Positions 40,113 through 49,293 are shown, numbered from the stretch's first letter. The stretch is DNA of 64,000 nucleotides from an uncultured Candidatus Saccharibacteria bacterium (GCA_964586065.1 CAZPFW010000001.1:28086-92085), one strand, 5' to 3'. Notes: generated from the sequence alone by a model not told the origin. A program made the numbers and translations.

Positions 40113-40282
40113 AAAAAAGTGAGATATCCAATTAAGCAAGCAAGGATCAAATACCAGAAAGCCCAGCATTTGGTCATAGGTAAATATTTGAACAATCTGT
40201 CATTCCACCAACTCAAAAAAAACCATGCGATAATGTTTGTTAAAATTGAGTCTATTAGGATGATTATGGACAGTATTTTCAT
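40109..40282 (-). CDS. 57-aa Trp-rich hydrophobic microprotein (below ORF cutoff)
   Basis: Read manually: MKILSIIILIDSILTNIIAWFFLSWWNDRLFKYLPMTKCWAFWYLILACLIGYLTFL; ATGA overlaps at both ends. Confidence 0.75.
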   Translation of the reverse strand: MKILSIIILIDSILTNIIAWFFLSWWNDRLFKYLPMTKCWAFWYLILACLIGYLTFL

Positions 40283-40968
40283 AACAAACTCAAGAATTTA
40301 TTCCTTTCTTCTTGATCAAATCTTTCTATTGAATATCTTAGGGTTACTCTTGGCATATGGGAGGAGTTTTTTCTCAAAAACTCCTTCAATCTCTCTTTAT
40401 CTCTCTTTCCTGTCTCTCTTAACATCCAACCTACCGCTTTATGAATTAAATCATGAGGATCTTTTAAAAGGAGTTTAGAATAATCAAAAGTTGTGTCCAA
40501 GTGACCCTCTCTTATAAATCCGAGAGTAGAAACTATGGCAACTCTTCTTTTCCAAAGATTATCTGAGAAAATCAATTCTTTTAGCCTGCCTTTTTCTCGA
40601 TTTAGAAAATAATCGCCCGTTATCTTCGGAGCCGAAAGGTCCACTAAATCCCAGTTATTAACGCGATCAAGGTTGTTTAAGTAGAAATCCACTATCTTCT
40701 TTTCATCTTCTTGATATTTTTCAATCAAAAGAAGAAGAGCGCAAAATCTGAACTCGTGAACCTTATCCGATAAAAGATCTCTTATTTGTGAGAGATTAAG
40801 AAACTTGTAATTTGAAACAATCTTTCTTTGATCAGGGGTCGATATTCCGATGAAAACATCCCCTTCGGCATACTCTCCTTTACCGGTTTTGAAATACCTT
40901 TCTTTATCTTTAGCTTTTTTAAAATCAGCCGCATTTCTCAAATCTTTCTTAAGACTCTTAAGTTCCAT
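40279..40968 (-). CDS. DNA alkylation repair protein (AlkD-like)
   Basis: YFKTGKGEY.EGD.F.G, NNWDLVD, KAVGWMLRE. Confidence 0.92.
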   Translation of the reverse strand: MELKSLKKDLRNAADFKKAKDKERYFKTGKGEYAEGDVFIGISTPDQRKIVSNYKFLNLSQIRDLLSDKVHEFRFCALLLLIEKYQEDEKKIVDFYLNNLDRVNNWDLVDLSAPKITGDYFLNREKGRLKELIFSDNLWKRRVAIVSTLGFIREGHLDTTFDYSKLLLKDPHDLIHKAVGWMLRETGKRDKERLKEFLRKNSSHMPRVTLRYSIERFDQEERNKFLSLL

Positions 40969-40977
40969 GACAAATAT

Positions 40978-41244
40978 TTACTCTTCAACCCAATCTCCTT
41001 TGTAGCCTTCTTCTTTTAACATCCTTGCTTTTCTGTCGGCGCCGCTTCTGAAACCTCCGATTGATCCGTCGGATCTGATAACTCTATGACAAGGAACAAG
41101 CTTATTTCTATTGGCATTCATGATTCTCCCAACAGCTCTGGCTGCTCTTTTATTACCGGCCATCTCCGCAACTTGCCCGTAAGAAAGAACACTTCCTTTC
41201 GGTATTTGAGACACAATTTCTAAAACCCTGTCTCTAAATGTCAT
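40978..41244 (-). CDS. MGMT family O6-alkylguanine protein
   Basis: SYGQVA, RAVG, PCHRV active-site motif. Confidence 0.92.
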   Translation of the reverse strand: MTFRDRVLEIVSQIPKGSVLSYGQVAEMAGNKRAARAVGRIMNANRNKLVPCHRVIRSDGSIGGFRSGADRKARMLKEEGYKGDWVEE

Positions 41245-41585
41245 TTCTTTAAGAGTTTAATTCCCAACCCCGATATTTTAGATCCGCCGAATATTACAAT
41301 GAAAGATAAAATTGACCAAGAGATTAGGTTTAATATGTCAAATATCGCATCAAACGGTATGGTTGATTGAATTTGTTCAGCCATTATTTGATTCAAATCA
41401 ATTTCCGGATCATTAAGATCGACTGAAACTTTCGGTTTTTCAACTGAAACAATTTCTTCTTTTTCAAAGATATTAGGAGCAACTCTCTCTCCAGTAAACA
41501 CTCCATAAGAAGCGTAAAGAATCCAAATGATTAAAATTACTCCCAAAGATAGCAAAACCCAACCTGCCAAACAACGATTATCCAT
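41241..41585 (-). CDS. Two-TM hypothetical protein
   Basis: Hydrophobic ends; promoter TTGAAA-16-TATCAT upstream. Confidence 0.75.
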   Translation of the reverse strand: MDNRCLAGWVLLSLGVILIIWILYASYGVFTGERVAPNIFEKEEIVSVEKPKVSVDLNDPEIDLNQIMAEQIQSTIPFDAIFDILNLISWSILSFIVIFGGSKISGLGIKLLKK

Positions 41586-41650
41586 TTTTCGATTTTTAAT
41601 TAATTATCTCTGATTAATGATATCACTTACTCCTTATTTTTCAATAAAAG

Positions 41651-41678
41651 AAAAGAGTAAAAATATTTTTACTCTTTT
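41651..41678. terminator. Perfect 28-bp palindrome, likely terminator
   Basis: AAAAGAGTAAAAAT/ATTTTTACTCTTTT, followed by a T-rich run on the minus strand. Confidence 0.65.
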
Positions 41679-41696
41679 AAACTAGGGAGGAGGTTT

Positions 41697-41921
41697 TTAA
41701 AAATCAATTTCGTATCCGAGGTCAAGAACCTCCAATAATGCTTGTCGATAAAGAGGTTTCAGAAATTCGGGATCAACTCCCAATTCAAAAGATACATCAG
41801 CCAGCCCGCTTTTCAGTTCTGCGGTAATCTTTTTTTCTAATTTCCTCTTAACATTATACATCATTAAATCTACCAACGTTTTTAAAACTGCTTCTTTGTC
41901 TTTCTCTTTCCAAACAAACAT
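41697..41921 (-). CDS. 74-aa helical hypothetical protein
   Basis: Promoter TTGACA-16-TACAAT, SD GGAGGT. Confidence 0.8.
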   Translation of the reverse strand: MFVWKEKDKEAVLKTLVDLMMYNVKRKLEKKITAELKSGLADVSFELGVDPEFLKPLYRQALLEVLDLGYEIDF

Positions 41922-42195
41922 TTTCTATACCTCCGCTCTTTTTAATGAACAACTCTTATGTTTTGATTGTACAATATAAATAAGATTTGTCAATAGCAAT
42001 GAATGTTTCAGGCAAAAAAAGAGAGAGTGGTAAAATATCTTCCACCAAGATGATAAATATTTATCAAATAATGGAAAACAGATTCCGACTCTCTTTGGTA
42101 TGAGGAGAAGAATAGGTTCTTATTCTGATCTAATAGCCTAAGCCGAAAAAATCAATTACCCCATTCAAAATCCCCGATCCCTTAGTGAAGAACAA

Positions 42196-42411
42196 TTACT
42201 TTTTGAATTCTATAGATTCAATCTCTTTTTCCAAATCTCTTAACATTGAACAGATAATCGGCTTTATAACTTCAAAAAGTTTCTCTTTTGGTATACCGAT
42301 CTGTCCGGCAACGTTCCCGATGCTTCTTTTCACAGTTTCAGTATTGAACTGTGAGATCCTCATCTCCTTCATTTGATGTTTAATCAAAAGCACCAAAACT
42401 TCTTTATCCAT
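42196..42411 (-). CDS. 71-aa helical hypothetical protein
   Basis: Promoter TTGACA-16-TACAAT; SD GGAGG 8 nt before ATG 42411. Confidence 0.8.
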   Translation of the reverse strand: MDKEVLVLLIKHQMKEMRISQFNTETVKRSIGNVAGQIGIPKEKLFEVIKPIICSMLRDLEKEIESIEFKK

Positions 42412-42523
42412 CTTCTTCACCTCCTTTTAAAAGAACCTTCATTGAAGATTACTCTTCTTACTTGATTGTACAACATAAGTGGTGTTTGTCAAGATTGAGA
42501 CAAAAAAAGACTGATTAACTTGA

Positions 42524-43258
42524 TTAACCAGTCATTATAGAGATCTTTGCAATCTCAAGATCTTCGGGCTTATCAATATCAAACCCGATTTCAGGAAAAG
42601 AAGATGGGATTGGCTTCGCAAAGACTCCATGCCGTTCAAGAAGATTCATTGCTTGAATCAGGTCAAACGATCCGAGTAAAAGCTTAATCACAGAAGATAC
42701 TCCAAAAATTGATGCGATCTTTAAGGGTTTCTTTCTGTTATCCAAAATCTTACGCCCCAAGCCAGATAAGGCTTTGATTCTGATCGGATTGATCAAAAAA
42801 ATATTTCCAAGAGTAAAAGTTCCTTCCTTTAGCTTAACATAAGTCCTCTTCCCTCCGGGAAAAGATCTTTCCATATCCTCTTTTCTGATTATTGGACAAT
42901 AAAAATCAAAAAGGCAAGGGGTAGAATAATTAAGGAAAGAGTAGATCGACTCTTTGGTTATTAAAGGAATATCCGAAGATGAAATGAGTAATGCTTTTTC
43001 AGTTCCTAAAAAGTTAACTCCTTCAATGATATTACTAATCAAGTCGTTTTTCTCTTGAATAACGTCTACTCCGCTCTTTCTCAAAAAACTCAATTGATCC
43101 GACGGTCCTATTACAGCAATCTTATCTATCAGGTCGATTGAAAGCATTACTTCAGAAACTCTCAAAACCATCTCTTTGCCATCAATTTTAATAAGCGCTT
43201 TATTCTCTTCTCCCGGAAACAGATTTCTTCCTCCTGCAAGAATCAAACAATTGATCAT
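42524..43258 (-). CDS. MobA-like NTP transferase family protein
   Basis: LILAGG, NKAL, SDIP, DIDKPEDL; strong SD; terminator 42502-42533. Confidence 0.85.
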   Translation of the reverse strand: MINCLILAGGRNLFPGEENKALIKIDGKEMVLRVSEVMLSIDLIDKIAVIGPSDQLSFLRKSGVDVIQEKNDLISNIIEGVNFLGTEKALLISSSDIPLITKESIYSFLNYSTPCLFDFYCPIIRKEDMERSFPGGKRTYVKLKEGTFTLGNIFLINPIRIKALSGLGRKILDNRKKPLKIASIFGVSSVIKLLLGSFDLIQAMNLLERHGVFAKPIPSSFPEIGFDIDKPEDLEIAKISIMTG

Positions 43259-43386
43259 TTAGACAACCTCCTTTTTAAAAGTTCTAATTTCTTATACAAT
43301 TAAATAATGAAAATGTCAAAATTGTACAAATTCATTTTTTTTGTTAATTTAACTTAATCAACTTTTTAGAAAATAATAAAAAAACG

Positions 43387-44289
43387 ATGAAAAAAGAATC
43401 ACTTTTTATTCTTCCATTCGATCATAGAGGCTCATTTTTAAAAAACCTCTTTAACCTTGCAGATCGAAAACCGAGTCAAAAAGAGATTGATGAAATAAAA
43501 GAATTGAAATGGTTGATATACTCAGGTTTTAAGTACGCGATCAATCAAAGATTAGTTCCTCAATCTTCAACCGCAATATTGATAGATGATGAATTTGGAG
43601 AAAAGATAATAGAAGATGCGAAGTCTTCTGGTTACAAAGTCTCCATATCAACCGAGGTAAGCGGGCAAGATGAGTTCCAATTCGAACATGGTGAAGACTT
43701 TGGTGCTTATTTAAAAAAATATTCGCCTGATTCAGCCAAAGCCCTTATCAGATACAATCCAGAAGAAGACGAAGATTTGAACAAAAGACAGTTGACTCGT
43801 TTAAAAAAATTGAATGATTATTGCAAAAAAGAAGGGATTGGTTTTCTCTTGGAACCGCTTGTCATTGCCACTCAAAAACAGATGGAAGAGGTTGATCAAA
43901 GTAAAGAAAGATACGATAGGGAGATGAGACCCAAGTTAATGGTGGATATGATAAGAGAGATAAGAGAATTCGGGATTGAGCCTGATATTTGGAAATTGGA
44001 AGGCTTGGATAAAGAAGATGATTACGAAAATTTAGCCAAAGAGATTCACCCCGACTCAAGAATAATCATACTCGGGCGCGGAGCCGACGCTTCTCAAGTT
44101 GAGAGATGGATTGCCGTCGGAGCCGGTGTCGAAAAAGTGATCGGTTTTGCTATAGGTCGAACTGTCTTTTGGCAGCCGCTATTAGATTACAAAAATGGAA
44201 AAATAGACAAAGAGATAGTTATTGAAAGAATCGCGAATAATTTCTCAAGGTTTTATAAAATCTTTATTGAGTCCAAAGAATCTATTTGA
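43387..44289 (+). CDS. DUF2090 / class I aldolase-like protein
   Basis: LPFDHRGS, PDIWKLEG, ILGRG, GFAIGRTVF. Confidence 0.85.
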   Translation: MKKESLFILPFDHRGSFLKNLFNLADRKPSQKEIDEIKELKWLIYSGFKYAINQRLVPQSSTAILIDDEFGEKIIEDAKSSGYKVSISTEVSGQDEFQFEHGEDFGAYLKKYSPDSAKALIRYNPEEDEDLNKRQLTRLKKLNDYCKKEGIGFLLEPLVIATQKQMEEVDQSKERYDREMRPKLMVDMIREIREFGIEPDIWKLEGLDKEDDYENLAKEIHPDSRIIILGRGADASQVERWIAVGAGVEKVIGFAIGRTVFWQPLLDYKNGKIDKEIVIERIANNFSRFYKIFIESKESI

Positions 44290-45415
44290 AAAGATAATAA
44301 AACGCAAGGTAGTACAAAACCAAAGCTCCAATAAGTATAACTCGTCTCGCAATCTTAGGACCGGCAAACCAGATCTTTTTTGTAAACACGGCTCCGGAAA
44401 AGATAACGAGTTCAATGAAGACATAAAAAAATAGATAACCCAATATGTAGAGAGTATAAGCGGTAAGAGATAGCCCTCTCTCCACTAATATCCCCGTAAA
44501 AGCTATAGGAAGCCCAACTGAACATGGAAGATCAACCAATGTGACGATTATGGCAAAAAAGATAACGCTTCCAATCATCAAAGAAAGTGTCTTTTTTTCC
44601 GATGTCTCAAAAGCTTCTCTCAGTTTATTTGTTGCATTGATTGTCAACTTGGAATCTGATGCTTGGCAAGTTAAAGCCTTCTTTTTAGATCTCAAAAATT
44701 CCGTTGTAAAATAGATAGCCCCTCCGAGAGTGGCCAAACCAATAATCAATCTTAGTTTTTCTAAATGCCCGATAAACATCTCGAAAACCTTTCCCCAAGC
44801 AAAAACCATTGCTCCGTATATCAGAGCTCCTGTCACAATGAAAAGACTTCCAAAAAAGAATGTTTTTCTCTTTGAGTCAAGAGTTAAAACTATTGAAAGA
44901 ACTAAAATTAAAGCCCCGATTGAGCAGATGTTTATTCCATCAAGAGATCCCAAAACAAGAGTAATGAAAGGAAGCGACCAGCCTTTAACATTAATCTCTT
45001 TTTTGATCAAAGGAATGGTGACTATCAATCCTTCTTCTATCACTTTCTCACCGCTCAAAGCCCTTACTATCATATCTTTTTGATGATGACCGAATTCAGA
45101 AAATTGGAAAAAGTTATCGTTAATGAAAAGAGTTGGAGCCATTACATCATAATCGCTTAACCCGTAACTTTGAGCAAAATCATTCAGTTTCTCTTTGTCA
45201 CTTATGGAATAAACCCTGACCTCCAATCCTTCAAATTCATCTTTTTTCAACTCCTCGAGAAAAGCCTTAGTTGAAGAGCAGACAGGGCACAACCTGTCAT
45301 CAAAAAGATTAACTATTATCATCTCTTTTGATGATATTGAGGATGAGAACAGAAAAATTCCTACCCATAAAGTAAGAATAAAGAGTGACGCTTTTTTAAA
45401 GTCTAAAGTTCGCAT
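44282..45415 (-). CDS. Thioredoxin-like (CPVC) + DsbD/CcdA-like membrane protein
   Basis: CPVC, DGINIC, DLPCS, multiple TMs. Confidence 0.75.
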   Translation of the reverse strand: MRTLDFKKASLFILTLWVGIFLFSSSISSKEMIIVNLFDDRLCPVCSSTKAFLEELKKDEFEGLEVRVYSISDKEKLNDFAQSYGLSDYDVMAPTLFINDNFFQFSEFGHHQKDMIVRALSGEKVIEEGLIVTIPLIKKEINVKGWSLPFITLVLGSLDGINICSIGALILVLSIVLTLDSKRKTFFFGSLFIVTGALIYGAMVFAWGKVFEMFIGHLEKLRLIIGLATLGGAIYFTTEFLRSKKKALTCQASDSKLTINATNKLREAFETSEKKTLSLMIGSVIFFAIIVTLVDLPCSVGLPIAFTGILVERGLSLTAYTLYILGYLFFYVFIELVIFSGAVFTKKIWFAGPKIARRVILIGALVLYYLAFYYLFK

Positions 45416-45750
45416 TTAACCAAATTTGCCAAGTCTTCAGGGGTCCTTGACCCGTCATAAAGCTCTCCGTTTATCTGAATCTCGGGCACATAACCAGTCT
45501 TTATCTCTCTCATACATCTCTCTTCTTCTTCCGAGCATTCAATATAGATAGAGCTTAAGGCTTCTCGTCCGCCAAACTGATTAACAAGTTCCGCGCAAGC
45601 CGGGCAAGTCTTACTGCCATAGATAACCACTCCGCTTTCTTTCAAACATTTAATCAAAGATGCATGACCGCGATTATTGCCTGTAAAATTCAAAACGATT
45701 AAAACTAATAATCCGATTATTGCAATTGTTATTAAATATTTCTTCATCAT
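45403..45750 (-). CDS. Membrane-anchored thioredoxin-fold protein
   Basis: CL...G..IYG..CPAC, YIEC, YVP. Confidence 0.8.
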   Translation of the reverse strand: MMKKYLITIAIIGLLVLIVLNFTGNNRGHASLIKCLKESGVVIYGSKTCPACAELVNQFGGREALSSIYIECSEEEERCMREIKTGYVPEIQINGELYDGSRTPEDLANLVKCEL

Positions 45751-45797
45751 TTTTAGATAATAACGCTATCTTTCATTTGAGTCAATTAAAAACCCCT

Positions 45798-45965
45798 TCA
45801 TCTTGAAGGGGTTTGTCTGTTATGCAGATCGTTTCGAGTTTTTTCAAAGGACGATATCGGCTTTACCTTTATTCTATCGGGATTATTCTTTTCCGGAATT
45901 TTCTGTCTTCTTTTTGGATTGAAGTAATAAGGAACTCCGTAAAGATACCATGGATAAATCTTCAT
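45798..45965 (-). CDS. 55-aa basic microprotein (below ORF cutoff)
   Basis: Read manually: MKIYPWYLYGVPYYFNPKRRQKIPEKNNPDRIKVKPISSFEKTRNDLHNRQTPSR; TTGACT-17-TAGAAT, SD GGGAGGT, terminator 45787-45814. Confidence 0.6.
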   Translation of the reverse strand: MKIYPWYLYGVPYYFNPKRRQKIPEKNNPDRIKVKPISSFEKTRNDLHNRQTPSR

Positions 45966-46015
45966 CTAAGATCACCTCCCTTCTGAAAAGATTCTATCAA
46001 TATTTATCAAATGAG

Positions 46016-46687
46016 TCAAAGTTTTATCTGCTTCCACTCCCCTTCTTTCAATCTTCCCAATCTGTATCTGTCTATTCTTACTCGTTGAAGATCCGTTACG
46101 GTTCGTCCAAAAGCTTCAAACATTCTTCTGATTTGTCTTCTTTTTCCTTCGGTCATTACGATCTTGTATCTTTTGGGAGAAATCTTTTCCATCTCTGATA
46201 TCTTTGCCACAGACTTTTCCCCTATATCAACCCCTTTCTTTAGTCCTTCGATTATCTTTGCACCCACTTCCTTACCTAACTCCACCTTATATTCTTTTTC
46301 ACAAGCAAAAGAAGGGTGAGTCATTTTATAGGTGAAATCTCCGTCATTAGTTAATATCACCAACCCTCTACTGTTTTTATCCAATCTACCAACCACAAAG
46401 AGTCTTTCCTTTGGCGAAACTAAAGAAAAAACATTCTTCTCTCCCGGAATCTCTCTGTTGGTGCAAGTATATCCTTTGGGTTTATTGAGTAAGATATATA
46501 CTCTATCTTTTTTTGAAGTTCTTATCCTTTTTCCTTCAACAACTACCGTATCTTCCTCATCTACTCTCATACCTATAGTAGCTAATCTTCCATTAACTTG
46601 AACTTTCTTCTCTTTAATTAACTCTTCCGCCCTTCTTCGAGAAGAGTAACCGCTATCCGCTATGTATTTCTGTAATTTTACTTTCAT
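46016..46687 (-). CDS. rRNA pseudouridine synthase, RsuA/RluB family
   Basis: S4 domain, LLNKPKG, VGRLD, EGKRRQIRRM. Confidence 0.93.
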   Translation of the reverse strand: MKVKLQKYIADSGYSSRRRAEELIKEKKVQVNGRLATIGMRVDEEDTVVVEGKRIRTSKKDRVYILLNKPKGYTCTNREIPGEKNVFSLVSPKERLFVVGRLDKNSRGLVILTNDGDFTYKMTHPSFACEKEYKVELGKEVGAKIIEGLKKGVDIGEKSVAKISEMEKISPKRYKIVMTEGKRRQIRRMFEAFGRTVTDLQRVRIDRYRLGRLKEGEWKQIKL

Positions 46688-46778
46688 CTCTCTTGTTTAG
46701 CCTGACTTCTAAACATTTTACCGCTTTTTTAGCTTATCTTAACCGATCTTATTGATTTTCATTTAATGTTTGACAAAA

Positions 46779-47345
46779 TTACTCTTCCAAATCTCTGGCC
46801 GCGGGATGACTACGATGCGATTCTATAAGAACCAATTCATTATCATCATTTAATTTAAGAAAAATGCTTTTGCCAATGGATGGCTCTGCCGTCATCGGTT
46901 CATCTTCGCCCCTTTCGGCATAGTTAACCGCAACAATCCCCTCGCCTATCTCCCCTATTGTTTGAGGAGCTATTCTATCACCGATAAAATATCCATTGGA
47001 GCCGATATAGCCATCTTCACTGTTTAATGCGGCAACTATATAATAGAAAGTTCCTGTTCCACCAGTCTGTTGGGTTATATAAAAAACAAGATCATCCAAC
47101 CCGTCACCATTAAGATCAGTCACTAAATCATTCCCAAAATAACTTGTGATTATCTTGGAAGCAGAATTTGGAATTGATTCTTCCGTATAACCGTCTTCCA
47201 ACTTAACTTCAACATCATTGATTTTGTAAGCGATACTCTTGTAGTCATCTCTATTTGGCTCACTGACTTCTCTTTGGTTACAGAAGACAACTATTCCTGC
47301 AATAATTGCGATTAAGATGATTGCGTATAAAAGTTTCTTTTTCAT
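46779..47345 (-). CDS. Membrane-anchored hypothetical protein
   Basis: TM, DLNGDGLDD, GGTGTFYY, GDRIAPQ; start set to 47345. Confidence 0.75.
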   Translation of the reverse strand: MKKKLLYAIILIAIIAGIVVFCNQREVSEPNRDDYKSIAYKINDVEVKLEDGYTEESIPNSASKIITSYFGNDLVTDLNGDGLDDLVFYITQQTGGTGTFYYIVAALNSEDGYIGSNGYFIGDRIAPQTIGEIGEGIVAVNYAERGEDEPMTAEPSIGKSIFLKLNDDNELVLIESHRSHPAARDLEE

Positions 47346-47605
47346 TGATTTGTTAATTACTTTCAAATTATCTGTTCTAAAACAAAATCCAACTTTTTCA
47401 TGAAAATAAAACAACTATCACTATCAAATTATAATTAAATAGGGTTTTATGCTCATTACTATCAATGTCAGTATACTGTAGCCCCTTTTCTTTGACAAGT
47501 TGACCTTATTCGATATATTCACCTACAATAAATGACAACTATTCAATATTTTTAAATATTTGATTCAATTTTTACCATGTTGTTATTATGATAAAATTAT
47601 AAGAT

Positions 47606-48229
47606 ATGGTATCAAAAAATAGGATGGAGAAAATAATTTCACAATTAATTTCAGAAAAAATTCTAAAAACTCCCGAAATAATTGAAGCTTTTTTATTCAT
47701 TGATAGAAAAGACTTTGTTCCGATAGAACATCAAGTGTCAGCCTACGAAGACTGTGCATTACCCATTGGATATGGTCAAACCATATCACAGCCCTACACA
47801 GTAGCTTTTATGCTTGAACTCTTGGGCCCAAAAGAGAAGGATAAGATCTTAGATGTCGGTTCCGGATCCGGTTGGACTACCGCTTTGTTATCAAAGATAG
47901 TTGGAGAAAAAGGAAAAGTCTTTGGTTTGGAAAGAATTCCTGAATTAGTTGATTTTGGCAAAAAGAACTTGTCAAAATACGGCTTCAATAATTATAAAAT
48001 AATGCAAGCCAAAGAAACTCTCGGATTAAGCGAAGAAGCTCCTTTTGATAAGATCCTTGTTTCAGCTACAGCTCAAGACTTACCTCAAGACTTAATAGAT
48101 CAACTGAGAATAGGTGGAATAATGGTAATTCCAATAAAAGATGCGATCTTAAAGATCGTTAAACTATCAGAAAACAAGACTGATACTCAAAAATTTATCG
48201 GATTTGCTTTTGTTCCTTTGATTGAGTGA
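47606..48229 (+). CDS. pcm: Protein-L-isoaspartate O-methyltransferase
   Basis: QTISQPYTV, LDVGSGSGW, APFDKI, FVPL. Confidence 0.93.
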   Translation: MVSKNRMEKIISQLISEKILKTPEIIEAFLFIDRKDFVPIEHQVSAYEDCALPIGYGQTISQPYTVAFMLELLGPKEKDKILDVGSGSGWTTALLSKIVGEKGKVFGLERIPELVDFGKKNLSKYGFNNYKIMQAKETLGLSEEAPFDKILVSATAQDLPQDLIDQLRIGGIMVIPIKDAILKIVKLSENKTDTQKFIGFAFVPLIE

Positions 48230-48341
48230 GTTGGTCTTTAAAAAACACTCGTTGAATTCTTTTGATTGTAAGTTATAAATATCTTTTGAGCCACTATTAT
48301 TGAAAGTTGATTATCCTATGAAACAGTAGTAGCTAAATTAT

Positions 48342-49039
48342 TCAACTAATTTTATCCTGCTTAATTGTATAATTACACTTCGGATAATTAGAGCATCCAT
48401 AAAATGGTCCAAACTTACCATTTCTTTGCACTAAATTACCGCCACAGCGTGGGCATATTTTAAGATCCTCTTTCGGCTCTTCCTTATCTTTTTTAGCCAT
48501 CTTGATGTATCGAACAAGCTTATATCCGTCTATAAGCTCTATTGGTTTATCGTCAGCAAATTTCTCTGCTTCAAGGGTAAACTTATTGGTAGTGATAAAA
48601 TATCCTTTTCCATTAGTAAGATGATCAGCTAAAGCTCCGTAAAAATTCCTTACGTCACCAACAGTCACCTTTGAGCTTATAAATTTTTACATTGGATGTA
48701 ACTTTTAACTCCATCTTTTTCGATAACAACATCAACGCCTTTGTCATATGAGCCTCCCACAGCCTTGGTCTTGTAACCAAGTCGAGAAAATAAATCAGCA
48801 ATGTAATTTTCAAATTCTGATGGTTCCATTCCGCGAAGCCATTGTAACAGATCGCGATCCGAGCGCCATTTCTCTCCTTGCCTGAATTTACGACGAACGT
48901 GCCAATTATTAATCTCTATATCAATTCTGTCAAAGAATAACCTGATAGCAATAATTCCTAAAATAAATAACCAAATCGGCCATAACCTCCATAACATTGG
49001 AAGTGAACTTTTCATTATTTCCTGTAAACTGATTTCCAT
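48342..49039 (-). pseudogene. Mrr-like restriction endonuclease (TM-Mrr_cat-topoisomerase zinc ribbon), frameshifted
   Basis: FE..IADLF..GY, DKGVD, IQCK, then in the -1 frame VGDVRNFYG, FITT..FT, IELIDG, CPRCGG..FYGCSNYPKC; break at about 48680-48688. Confidence 0.85.
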
Positions 49040-49293
49040 AATATTTTTTGTTTTTATTAAAAGCTTTGGATAAAATAATTACTTTAGTGTTATTAAGTGA
49101 ATTTTTGATTTTTCAAACCTTCAACTCTTGATTTTTCTTGACTATAAAAAGACTAAATTTCTTTAGTATATCATTACTTTAATTTAACTATAAACTAATA
49201 TTGAGATATTTAGAATATCTAATTACCCACATCAGTCGTCTGTTTTTATCTTAAACACAACAATGCTTGCAACTCTTTTTTAATAATTGATAA

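Noticed and set aside
41651-41678. Palindrome as attC site or operator
   Set aside because: No attC core boxes; position after a stop codon with a T-tail fits a terminator
45985-45997. AGAATCTTTT as another boxA
   Set aside because: Overlaps the predicted -10 element TAGAAT, so mostly not transcribed
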